A DNA stretch of 64,000 nucleotides from Candidatus Moraniibacteriota bacterium (lineage in GTDB: Bacteria; Patescibacteriota; Minisyncoccia; Moranbacterales; GWC2-37-73), in the NCBI GenBank assembly GCA_013336225.1, contig JAAXUC010000003.1:9564-73563 (forward strand). Direction: 5' to 3'. Below, one piece after another: positions 17,974 through 27,102 of the stretch. A model generated the notes under the pieces. It was not told the DNA's origin. It did not search any database and saw nothing but the letters and a program-made list of their open reading frames with translations. Made by a program: the position numbers and the translations under genes. Positions within the stretch are counted from its first letter, which is position 1. Every line of letters begins with the position of its first letter.

Positions 17974-18195
17974 ATGAAATCAATCACAATCATTCAACTG
18001 ATCGTTGCAATTTTGCTCACTGTTTCAATCTTGCTTCAAAACAGAGGCAGCGGACTTTCTGGTGCTTTTGGTGGGGACTTTGGCGGATACTACACTAAGA
18101 GGGGTATGGAAAAATTCCTTTTTTATCTTTCAGCAGCTTTGGGTGTGATTTTTATCGCACTCGCCATCACGACTGTGGTGATTGCAAATCGCTAG
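17974..18195 (+). CDS. secG: Preprotein translocase subunit SecG
   Basis: LLQNRGSGLSGAFGG signature, two TM segments, 73 aa. Confidence 0.75.
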   Translation: MKSITIIQLIVAILLTVSILLQNRGSGLSGAFGGDFGGYYTKRGMEKFLFYLSAALGVIFIALAITTVVIANR

Positions 18196-18354
18196 ACAGC
18201 GTGAGGCTTTCGATGATTGAGTTTTGTTATGCTCAATATTTAATAATTCATTGCTAAATTTATTAGTATCTTTTCTGACAATAATATAAAATATATTTCG
18301 CCCAGGAATTGGCGCGCTATTGGGCGCATCCTGACATTCAAAGAGAAATTCATT

Positions 18355-19974
18355 GTGACGATTTTGCTTTTGACTATCGCCGCTTCTTTGGTGGTTTGGA
18401 TCGGATCTTTCTATTTGAATGTCACAAAGGCAATCCCAGCAAACGGGGGAGAATATACAGAGGGAATTGTTGGCCAACCTTTATATATCAATCCCTTGCT
18501 CTCTCAAACCAGTGAGGCTGACAGTGACTTGGCACAGCTGATCTTCAGCGGCCTGTTTAAATATGATAAAGATGGGAACGTTGTGCCTGATTTGGCTGAC
18601 AGCTATGCTGTTTCGGATGATCAGCGCGAATATACGGTTTCTTTAAAGAAGAATTTGCTTTGGCATGATGGAGAAATTCTGAATGCAAATGATGCATTTT
18701 TCACTTTCAATATTCTGCAAGATGCTGCGTACAAAAGTCCACTGCGCCAAGGTTTGCAAGGCGTTGAAGTTAGCTTGACTGATGATTATACTATCAAGTT
18801 CTCACTTAAAAATCCCTATATTGGATTTTTAGATAATTTGACCACTGGTCTTTTGCCAAAGCATATTTGGGAAAACATCGCTCAGGAAAAATTCGCCTTG
18901 GCTGAAAGCAATTTGCATCCGATTGGTTCTGGCCCGTATTCATTTGCAAATTTTCAAAAAGATTCAGATGGAAATATTTTGACTTTGCAATTGGTTGCAA
19001 ACAAAAATTTTCATGATGGACGTCCGTATATCTCGAAAATTACATTCAATTTTTATCCCGATGATGATGCGCTCATCGCTGCTTACAATAAAAAGGAAAT
19101 CATGGGCATGGGAAGTATTCCTCCTGAAAATGTCAAAAATATAAAAAATGCAAAAAGCACCAATATTCACGAATTGGTTATTCCGAGATATTTCTCAGTG
19201 TTTTTCAATCAAACAAAAAATGTGGCTCTTGCTAATGATGTTGTGCGAAGTGCTCTTTCTCAAAGTGTTGATAAACAAGCCATCATCAATGAAGTGTTGC
19301 ATGGAAAGGGAGCTATTTTGACATCTCCAATTTTTCCTCAAATGAAGGGATATAATGGTGATGGCAGCTCAAAGACTGACGTTGAAAGTGCTAAGAAAGT
19401 TTTGGATGAAGCTGGTTGGATTCTGGATGCAGCTGAAAATGTGCGCAAAAAAGGCTCTGACAAATTGGAGTTTGAGCTCATCACCACTGATTGGCCAGAG
19501 CTCAACCAAACAGCTGAGCTTTTGAAGAAGCAGTGGGAAAAAATTGGAGCCAAGGTGGATGTGAAAGTTTTGACAGTTTCTGATTTGCAACAAAATTACA
19601 TCAAAACTCGCGAATATGACAGTCTTTTATTTGGTCAGGCCATCAGCTTTAATCCTGACTTGTATTCCTTTTGGCATTCCTCACAAAAACGTGACCCAGG
19701 GCTGAGTCTTTCACTCTTTGACAACAAAGATGCGGATGGATTGCTCGAAGATTTGCGGCAACAAACTGACCAAGCTAAGCGTATTGAAGATTATCAGAAA
19801 TTTCAAGATATTTTGACCAAGGAGAATCCGGCCATCTTTTTGTATTCAAGATTCTATTTATATCCCACTAATACTAATTTGCGCGGTGTGGAAGTGACAA
19901 ACATTAATAACCCAGCGCAGCGATTTGTGGATGTGAATAAATGGTATGTGAAAACTTCGCGAGTGATGAAATAG
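18355..19974 (+). CDS. ABC transporter substrate-binding protein, family 5 (oligopeptide/nickel type)
   Basis: 539 aa with GTG start. The SBP_bac_5-like region is …ADSYAVSDDQREYTVSLKKNLLWHDGE…. The N-terminal anchor is hydrophobic. Confidence 0.8.
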   Translation: MTILLLTIAASLVVWIGSFYLNVTKAIPANGGEYTEGIVGQPLYINPLLSQTSEADSDLAQLIFSGLFKYDKDGNVVPDLADSYAVSDDQREYTVSLKKNLLWHDGEILNANDAFFTFNILQDAAYKSPLRQGLQGVEVSLTDDYTIKFSLKNPYIGFLDNLTTGLLPKHIWENIAQEKFALAESNLHPIGSGPYSFANFQKDSDGNILTLQLVANKNFHDGRPYISKITFNFYPDDDALIAAYNKKEIMGMGSIPPENVKNIKNAKSTNIHELVIPRYFSVFFNQTKNVALANDVVRSALSQSVDKQAIINEVLHGKGAILTSPIFPQMKGYNGDGSSKTDVESAKKVLDEAGWILDAAENVRKKGSDKLEFELITTDWPELNQTAELLKKQWEKIGAKVDVKVLTVSDLQQNYIKTREYDSLLFGQAISFNPDLYSFWHSSQKRDPGLSLSLFDNKDADGLLEDLRQQTDQAKRIEDYQKFQDILTKENPAIFLYSRFYLYPTNTNLRGVEVTNINNPAQRFVDVNKWYVKTSRVMK

Positions 19975-20005
19975 ATTGTAATTTAGATATGTGCAATATA
20001 TAACT

Positions 20006-20116
20006 TTTGTTTCACCTGTTTTTTCTTGAAGCCGTAGCGAGGAGCGCGAGGTCCGAGCGAGCAGCCATAGATTTCGGCTGCGAAGCGTGCTCTCAAGAGA
20101 AAACAGGTAAAACAAA
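20006..20116. repeat. GC-rich ~110-bp palindromic intergenic element, copy A (terminal inverted repeats gtttcacctgtttt…aaaacaggtaaaac)
   Basis: Core gaagccgtagcgaggagcgcgaggtccgagcgagcagccatagatttcggctgcgaagcg. Copies at 25434..25548 (inverted) and 59278..59388. Confidence 0.8.
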
Positions 20117-20196
20117 AATAGTTTTCTTCTATTCTCGGAATTTTATATCACATATGATCTTATAAATCGATATAATCAAATAAATATTCAAACAAA

Positions 20197-20805
20197 ATGG
20201 AAATAGATTTCACCAATGTCCCCAAACATTATGCAGCACGAACTCACGAAAAAATGCAGGAAGTGTTGATGGATGAAAATGCTGATGGGCCAGCAATTCA
20301 TTACTACATGATTCGTGGGGGAGTGGATCAAAAAAACACCACCGTCTGGGAACCGGGAACAATCTCCGGCGAATATATCAAAACTTATGGTCATTATCAC
20401 GTAGGAGAATTGAGTGAAGATTATTTCATTGCCTATGGCGAAGGGGTGGCTTTGCTGCAGAAATTGGTGGAAGATGAAAACGGCAAAATGATTGCTGACC
20501 AAGTGGCAGAGTTTCGGGCAGTGGTGGTGAAAACCGGCGACAAAGTTTTTATGCCTGAAGGGTTTGGCCATTTGTTGGCCAACATTGGAAAAACATATCT
20601 TGTCACCATTGATGATAGTCCAGTTGATTTTGAAGATCGTGATCCAGCCAGTTTTCCAGGACATGCCAATTATGAACTTGTCAAAAAAATGCGAGGATTC
20701 GCTTATTATATTGTTGAGAACAATGGAGCAGTGGCACTCAAGAAAAATCCACTTTATAAATCCATTGCAAAAGAAGATTTGGGCGGTTTGTCAGTAATCG
20801 ATTAA
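20197..20805 (+). CDS. pgi: Cupin-type glucose-6-phosphate isomerase (archaeal-type cPGI)
   Basis: TYGHYHVGE…GEGVALLQ…KVFMPEGFGHLLANIG…FAYYIVENNGAVALKKNPLYK aligns with the Pyrococcus cPGI motifs (TKGHFHA…, YVPPYWAHRTVNIG, IVIEENGEVKVVDNPRWK). Confidence 0.65.
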   Translation: MEIDFTNVPKHYAARTHEKMQEVLMDENADGPAIHYYMIRGGVDQKNTTVWEPGTISGEYIKTYGHYHVGELSEDYFIAYGEGVALLQKLVEDENGKMIADQVAEFRAVVVKTGDKVFMPEGFGHLLANIGKTYLVTIDDSPVDFEDRDPASFPGHANYELVKKMRGFAYYIVENNGAVALKKNPLYKSIAKEDLGGLSVID

Positions 20806-22223
20806 TGACACATAAAAATATGTATAGCATCATTCTTTGCGGTGGGTCAGGCACGCGACTCTGGCCACTTTCTCGGAAAAATTTTCCAAAACAATTTCTT
20901 AAGCTGTATTCCAGTAATTCTTTGCTGCAAGAAACTTTTTTGCGCATGAAAAAAGTTGTCGCTCAGGAAAATATCTATTTCGTTACAAATGAAGAAAATT
21001 ATTATAATGTTTTCAATCAAATTAAAGAGGTGTATGCTGATTTTAAAGAGGATCAAATTCTAAGAGAGCCCAAAGCTCTGAACACGATGCCTGCCGTAAC
21101 GTTGGCTGTCAGTTATTTGCAAGAAAAAATTGGAATAGACAAGGCGGCGCCAATCATCATGGTGCCCGCTGATCATTACATCGGAGATGAAAAAGAATAT
21201 GTGCAAGTTGCCAAGCAGGCGCTTGCTGCTGTTGGAAATAATCTAGGAACCATTGGTGTTATGCCAACCAAGGCACACACTGGCCTGGGTTACATCAAAA
21301 AAGGTACAAAAGAAGGTGATTTTTTCGAGGTGGAAGGTTTCAAAGAAAAACCTGATGAAAAAACTGCTCAGGAATTTTTTGCTTCAGGGCAATATTTGTG
21401 GAATGCTGGCATGTATATTTTCAACACAAAAACATTCTGCGAAGAAATGCAAAAACATTCTCCAGAAATTTTTTCTTTGTTTGAAAAAGGTTTCGAGGTT
21501 TTTTTGCAGGATTATTTGAAACTGGATGCAGTTGCTATTGATTATGCCATTTCGGAAAAATCTGATCGCATGGTGACATTTGAAGGTGATTTTGACTGGA
21601 GTGATATTGGCTCCTTTGATGTTTTGGCTGAAATACTGGGAAGAAAAAATGAAAACAATTCAAGACGTATCGCAATAAACAGTGAGAATGTTTTTGCGTT
21701 ATCCACGAATAGTGACAAGTTGATTGTTGTTTCTGGCATGAAGGACGTGATTGTAATAGAAAATCATGATAGTATTTTGGTGCAAAAAATGGGAGATAGT
21801 AATGAGGGTGTAAAAAAAGTTGTTGAATATTTGAAGGAGAAAAATTATCAAGAACTTGGTGATGAAATCGTGGGATATCGCCCTTGGGGAAAATATGAAG
21901 TTTTGGTTGATGACGCTAATCATAAGGTGAAGAAAATCACTGTGTTTGCTGGTGCATCGCTTAGCTTGCAATCGCATGAGCGTCGCGCTGAGCATTGGGT
22001 GGTGGTGAAAGGTATTGCTAATGTGGTCAACGGAGAGAGTCGCTTGGTTTTACATGAAAATGAAAGCACCTATATTCCAGCTACCGCCAAGCATCAGTTG
22101 GCCAATTTTGGAAAAGAAAATCTTGAAATTATTGAAGTGCAAACGGGTGATTATTTGGAGGAGGATGACATTATTCGCTATGAAGATCAGTATGGTCGCC
22201 CTAGTGGAATGGAGGTTAAATAG
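20805..22223 (+). CDS. manC: Mannose-1-phosphate guanylyltransferase / mannose-6-phosphate isomerase (type II PMI-GMP)
   Basis: N-terminal ILCGGSGTRLWPLSRKNFPKQFL and a C-terminal cupin domain, 472 aa. Confidence 0.85.
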   Translation: MTHKNMYSIILCGGSGTRLWPLSRKNFPKQFLKLYSSNSLLQETFLRMKKVVAQENIYFVTNEENYYNVFNQIKEVYADFKEDQILREPKALNTMPAVTLAVSYLQEKIGIDKAAPIIMVPADHYIGDEKEYVQVAKQALAAVGNNLGTIGVMPTKAHTGLGYIKKGTKEGDFFEVEGFKEKPDEKTAQEFFASGQYLWNAGMYIFNTKTFCEEMQKHSPEIFSLFEKGFEVFLQDYLKLDAVAIDYAISEKSDRMVTFEGDFDWSDIGSFDVLAEILGRKNENNSRRIAINSENVFALSTNSDKLIVVSGMKDVIVIENHDSILVQKMGDSNEGVKKVVEYLKEKNYQELGDEIVGYRPWGKYEVLVDDANHKVKKITVFAGASLSLQSHERRAEHWVVVKGIANVVNGESRLVLHENESTYIPATAKHQLANFGKENLEIIEVQTGDYLEEDDIIRYEDQYGRPSGMEVK

Positions 22224-22316
22224 GGACTTGACTCATTGGTTATCTTTTTGTAGTATCAATGATCAAATAAGATAGTAATTTTACAGCTTAATATCAAATT
22301 GCAAAGGAGGTTAATC

Positions 22317-23039
22317 ATGCGTATTTTCAATGAAGAAAAATGCCATATGAAACCTGAAAGACTGGATGTTTTTGAAGAGCTAAAGAAAATCACGCTTTTT
22401 GAAGGATGTGATAAAATTGCAATACTGGATCTTTGTGGAAAAGCTAGAATAAGAACATTCAGTAAGGAAATTGTTATCTTTGATACTTACGATAATAATG
22501 AATTTCTCTATTTTGTTTTGCGGGGAAGTGTCTGCGCTGTGCACTATGCAGGTGATTGTGAGAAAGGTGATTATGCAATTTCTCGCGTCTATGGAAGTTT
22601 TGAAGGATTGAATTGTGGCTCAGTTTGGGATGATGCTTCCGAGGGGGAACTTTTCACGGCAGTTGCTGGAGGAGAAGGCGCAATCTTACTATTGATACGC
22701 AAGTGTCATCTGCTGCAATTATTGAAAAAATATCCATCTTTTTGTTTTGAATATTCCAAATATCTTCGCAAAATCGAAAAAGCATACCTGAAGCATGTGG
22801 TGCATCTGCTTTGTTATGACAATATCGAACAACGTCTGATAAGATGCTTGCGTGTCCTATCAAGAAAAAATGGTGAAAATTATGTGTATCCGCTTGGTAT
22901 TCATACTCACGAAAAATTGGCCAGAATGATTGGAAAAACTAGGGAGTCGGTGACGAGAAGCTTGGGAAAATTAAATTCCATGGGAATCCTTCGCACCAAT
23001 GAGAGACGAAGAATCATGGGCATCAATTTGCCAGATTGA
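22317..23039 (+). CDS. Crp/Fnr-family transcriptional regulator
   Basis: SD aaggagg lies upstream of ATG 22317. There is a cNMP-binding-like N-domain and a C-terminal HTH (EKLARMIGKTRESVTRSLGKLNSMGIL). Confidence 0.7.
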   Translation: MRIFNEEKCHMKPERLDVFEELKKITLFEGCDKIAILDLCGKARIRTFSKEIVIFDTYDNNEFLYFVLRGSVCAVHYAGDCEKGDYAISRVYGSFEGLNCGSVWDDASEGELFTAVAGGEGAILLLIRKCHLLQLLKKYPSFCFEYSKYLRKIEKAYLKHVVHLLCYDNIEQRLIRCLRVLSRKNGENYVYPLGIHTHEKLARMIGKTRESVTRSLGKLNSMGILRTNERRRIMGINLPD

Positions 23040-23042
23040 GTT

Positions 23043-23076
23043 GAAAAGCTTTCGAATATATCGAAAGCTTTTTTCA
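23043..23076 (+). terminator. Rho-independent terminator
   Basis: aaaagctttcgaatatatcgaaagctttttt. Confidence 0.7.
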
Positions 23077-23405
23077 ATTCGTCTGTCGTGCGCTTGACTT
23101 TCTGGCCAACTTGGTCTATACTTGATCTATATGTGAAGACTTCTTGAATGTTACCTTGTTTAAAGCTTTTTTCTTCAAAAAACAACACAAACAAGCTTTC
23201 AGCTCAGTAAAAGTGCTCTTTTTAGAGGGTTTTTGCTATTGTATTTAATATTCATGCCGAGCATCTTTTTTGGTACAATAAAACTTCTTTATATATAAAA
23301 ACTTAATTAACAAGAAATTAATAAACTTTTAATTTAAGTAAGTTTATCAACTTTTAAATTGTAATATAAACGATAAGACTTGCTTGTTTTAGTAATAAAA
23401 AAAAT

Positions 23406-25334
23406 ATGTTTAAAAAACAATCTGTCGATTTTATCGACAAAATCGTGGCTGATTTGAAAAAGCCAGTTCAAAGCGCAACTTCTTCAAAAAGTGTTGCACC
23501 TAGCGTTGCAAATGGGAAAGCGGCTCACGCACCAGCAACAAATCGCTCAGCTAATAAACCAGATGGTTCTAGCAAAAAAGCTGGGCATGCTCAAGGTGGT
23601 AAAAGGCATCCAGTGAAAAGAAGCAATTCAAACAAATCACAAGCTCCTCTTGGCAATCCGCCAAGTGAAAATTTGCGCATCACCCCGATGGGTGGAAATG
23701 AAGAAGTTGGTCGCAACATGACCATGTTTGAATATGGCGGAGACATCATCATCTTGGATATGGGAATTCAATTTCCAGAGGAAGATATGCCAGGAATTGA
23801 CTATATCATTCCTAATGCAAGTTATCTGAAAGGAAAAGAAAAGAATATTAGAGGTGTTATTTTGAGTCATGGACATCTTGATCACATTGGGGCTGCTCCG
23901 ATTCTCTTGCGAGAACTTGGTTATCCTCCAATTGTAGGACGCGATCTGACACTAGCTTTAGTGAAAAAGAAAATGGAAGACTATGACACAAATTCTGCTC
24001 AGAATTTGAAAATCATCAGAGTTAATGCAATCACTGACAAAATTCGGCTTGGAAAATTTGAAATTGAATTTTTTGATGTGGAACACTCCGTGATGGACGC
24101 AGTTGGGGTGATCATCAAAACTCCAGATGGCACCGTGATCCATCCTGGTGACTGGACCATGGACAAAAATCCAACCGATCACAGCGAAGTGACCTATGAA
24201 CATCTTGCAAATTTGCCTTCACCAAGAATCTTAATGTTGGAAAGCTTGGGCGCAACTGACACTCGTCCAACTCAAAAATCAGAAGTTGAAATGTACAAAA
24301 ATTTGGATGATTTGGTGGGGAACGCTAAAGGCATGGTGATTATTGGAACATTTTCTTCTCAAATAAAAAGAATTGGAAAAATCATTGAATATGCAGAATC
24401 GATTGGAAAAAAAGTTGCTTTGGACGGCTATTCCATGAAAATGAACATTGAAATTGCCAAGGAATTGGGATATATCAAGGCTCATAAGCAGACTTTGATT
24501 TCCGTCAATGAAATTCAAAAACACCCAAGAAACAAGGTGGTGGTGATTTGCACCGGCGCGCAAGGCGAGGGCAACGCCGTGCTCTCACGCATCGTCAATG
24601 ATGAACATCGTTTCATTCACATCATGCGAGAGGACACTATCGTGTTTTCATCCTCAGTTATTCCTGGAAATGAACGAACAATTCAACGACTTAAGGATGA
24701 TCTATATCGAAAATGTGACAACGTGATCCACAGCGACATTTTGGATGTGCACACCAGTGGTCACAGCAATGCGCATGACATTCAAGACATCATCAGGCAG
24801 ATCCGTCCTGACTTCTTCTTGCCAGTATATGCCAATCACTATTTCCTGAAGGAAGCTGCCAAGCTGGGCGAAAAAGTTGGAGTGCACAAGGAAAATATCT
24901 TCGTGTTGGATAATGGGAATCAACTTGAGGTTCATAGTGGAAAAGCTAAGGTTCTTCCGCAAAAAATCGACACGAGCTATGTCATGGTGGATGGATTAGG
25001 TATCGGTGATATTGGTGAAATTGTCCTTCGCGACCGACAACTGCTTGCCAAGGACGGAATGTTCATGATTGTGGTAATCATTGATTCCAAGACTAAAAAA
25101 ATCATCGGAACTCCACAAATCACTTCTCGAGGATTCATTTTCGTGAAAGAAAATTTTGACCTGGTGAATGCCACTAAGCGCGTGGTTGAAAAAGTGGTCA
25201 AGGAAAAAACTTCTCCAGATGTCTCAGTCAATTGGGATTATGTGAAAAACAACATTCGCGAATCAGTTGGCTCATTCTTGTTTACCAAAACAGAGCGGCG
25301 TCCAATGGTTTTGCCAGTGGTGATTGAGGTCTAA
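23406..25334 (+). CDS. rnj: Ribonuclease J (beta-CASP metallo-beta-lactamase) with a Lys/Ser/Ala-rich N-terminal extension
   Basis: ITPMGGNEEVGRNMTMFEYGGDIIILDMG…LSHGHLDHIGAAP (HxHxDH). A ~90-aa low-complexity N-terminus precedes the catalytic core. Confidence 0.85.
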   Translation: MFKKQSVDFIDKIVADLKKPVQSATSSKSVAPSVANGKAAHAPATNRSANKPDGSSKKAGHAQGGKRHPVKRSNSNKSQAPLGNPPSENLRITPMGGNEEVGRNMTMFEYGGDIIILDMGIQFPEEDMPGIDYIIPNASYLKGKEKNIRGVILSHGHLDHIGAAPILLRELGYPPIVGRDLTLALVKKKMEDYDTNSAQNLKIIRVNAITDKIRLGKFEIEFFDVEHSVMDAVGVIIKTPDGTVIHPGDWTMDKNPTDHSEVTYEHLANLPSPRILMLESLGATDTRPTQKSEVEMYKNLDDLVGNAKGMVIIGTFSSQIKRIGKIIEYAESIGKKVALDGYSMKMNIEIAKELGYIKAHKQTLISVNEIQKHPRNKVVVICTGAQGEGNAVLSRIVNDEHRFIHIMREDTIVFSSSVIPGNERTIQRLKDDLYRKCDNVIHSDILDVHTSGHSNAHDIQDIIRQIRPDFFLPVYANHYFLKEAAKLGEKVGVHKENIFVLDNGNQLEVHSGKAKVLPQKIDTSYVMVDGLGIGDIGEIVLRDRQLLAKDGMFMIVVIIDSKTKKIIGTPQITSRGFIFVKENFDLVNATKRVVEKVVKEKTSPDVSVNWDYVKNNIRESVGSFLFTKTERRPMVLPVVIEV

Positions 25335-25354
25335 AAATAGTAACATATCGTTTG

Positions 25355-25388
25355 AAAAAGATGCACTTTCGGGTGCATTTTTTTTGTT
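25355..25388 (+). terminator. Rho-independent terminator
   Basis: aaaaagatgcactttcgggtgcatttttttt. Confidence 0.7.
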
Positions 25389-25433
25389 TGTGATCATGTG
25401 TAATATAAGATCCTTGAAACAAAAGTAAACCAT

Positions 25434-25548
25434 TTTTGTTTCACCTGCTTTCTCTTGAGAGCACGCTTCGCAGCCGAAATCTATGGCTGCTCACTCGGAC
25501 CTCGCTCTCGCTCGCTATGGCTTCAAGAAAAAGCAGGTTCAACAAAAG
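25434..25548. repeat. GC-rich palindromic element, copy B (inverted orientation)
   Basis: Its reverse complement aligns with copy A/C over ~105 bp. Confidence 0.8.
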
Positions 25549-25741
25549 CGGCATATTTGCACGTGAGTGGATATTTGTGGAAACTATCTTTTGCTGATTG
25601 ATGGTGTTAATAAATTTGCCATATACGTATTTTGCATTGTGTGATATAATTTAACATAAATGGAAAGAATTTCAATAATTTTTTTCCAGTGGTTTTTGGA
25701 AAAATATATTGCATTTTTAAGAAAAACAAAAAAAACAAAAA

Positions 25742-27052
25742 ATGGCTGAACCATGCATAAAAGTTGATCAATTGAGAGTGATCTACAACAAAGGAAAGTC
25801 CAATGAAGTTCGTTCATTGGATGGTGTTAGCGTGGAAATTTATCCTGAAGAATATATTATTATCTACGGTCCATCTGGTTGTGGGAAATCAACCCTGCTC
25901 TATGGCATCTCTGGACTGCAGGCGCCAACCTTCGGCGATGTGGTTGTGCTGGGAAAAAATCTGGCCCAGATGACAAAAAGAGAAACGGTGGAATTTCATC
26001 AAACCAGTATTGGCATGGTTTTTCAAGCATTCTATTTGATTGAAACCTTGACGGTGTTGGATAATGTTTGTTTGCCGAAAGTTTTTCGCGGAGAAGATTT
26101 GAAGCCGCGTCGCGAAGCCGCCATGGAATTGTTGCGAAGATTTGGGATTGCTGAGCAAGCAGAACGATTTCCTGCTCAACTTTCTGGAGGTCAAAAACAG
26201 CGCGTTTCCATTGCTAGAGCTTTGGTGAATAATCCTGAAATAATCTTGGCTGATGAACCAGTGGGAAACTTGGATTCTGAGTCCGCGCAAAATGTGCTCG
26301 ATATTTTCAAGGAAATCAATGATGTCGACAAGAAAACTTTGATCATGGTTACGCATAATCCTGAGCATCTTGTGTATGCTGATCGCATCATTCACATGAA
26401 GGATGGGAAGAAAGTCAGTGAAGAAATTAATCACGATAAGCGTCCAAAGGAAGCCTTGATCAAAGAAGTGGCTGCAACTCCAGAGGAAATTTCCAGCGAG
26501 CTCAAATTACTCATGCGTACTTTCAAAAACTTGTCTTTGCAACAAGTTGGAGTGCTGCTCATTCCGTTTAAAGCCAAGCAACTTTTGGCGCACATCATTT
26601 CAGAATTGAATGAAGAACAAATTGGCGCTGCGGAAAATCTGTTGAAAGAGTTCTTATTCAAGAATATTGACAAGCCTGCGCTTTCCGAGAAATTGGATTT
26701 GGATTTCGACAAGGGTGGAGCTGGTTGGAATAAACTGCGTGCAATGTCTTTCACTGAGCGCACCGGCAGAATTTTGGCTCAAGCCGAGGCTCTCAATGGT
26801 GATCAAGACACTGGAGTGATTTCATTTTGTGATTATCTCGCATCCGTGTATCATCTCAAGCTCGATGATGAAGTCATGTTGCGATTCAGGGCCTTTATAA
26901 AATTGCGAGTGGAAAACAGAATTGATAGATTTGGGCTTGAGCAAAGATTGGATGCACCTAAACGACTTGGCGGCGCAGGATTATATAAGGGAAGTGCTGA
27001 GAAAGTTGTGCGTGAAATTGAGTTGGTCATGCTCTTGAAATACTCAGCATAG
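25742..27052 (+). CDS. ABC transporter ATP-binding protein (MacB/LolD-like) with a ~200-aa C-terminal extension of unknown function
   Basis: Walker A GPSGCGKST, signature LSGGQKQR, Walker B ILADEP. 436 aa. Confidence 0.8.
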   Translation: MAEPCIKVDQLRVIYNKGKSNEVRSLDGVSVEIYPEEYIIIYGPSGCGKSTLLYGISGLQAPTFGDVVVLGKNLAQMTKRETVEFHQTSIGMVFQAFYLIETLTVLDNVCLPKVFRGEDLKPRREAAMELLRRFGIAEQAERFPAQLSGGQKQRVSIARALVNNPEIILADEPVGNLDSESAQNVLDIFKEINDVDKKTLIMVTHNPEHLVYADRIIHMKDGKKVSEEINHDKRPKEALIKEVAATPEEISSELKLLMRTFKNLSLQQVGVLLIPFKAKQLLAHIISELNEEQIGAAENLLKEFLFKNIDKPALSEKLDLDFDKGGAGWNKLRAMSFTERTGRILAQAEALNGDQDTGVISFCDYLASVYHLKLDDEVMLRFRAFIKLRVENRIDRFGLEQRLDAPKRLGGAGLYKGSAEKVVREIELVMLLKYSA

Positions 27053-27102
27053 TGCAAATGATGAAAGTTGATATATAATGAAACAAGCATAAAAAACAAA
27101 AA

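Noticed and set aside
22299-22316. Upstream start for the Crp/Fnr gene (22299), and similarly 44608 for the 268-aa gene and 16830 for the NTase-like gene
   Set aside because: Downstream ATGs are preceded by clear AAGGAGG Shine-Dalgarno sequences or overlap the upstream stop. The longer forms lack an RBS or overlap neighbouring genes.
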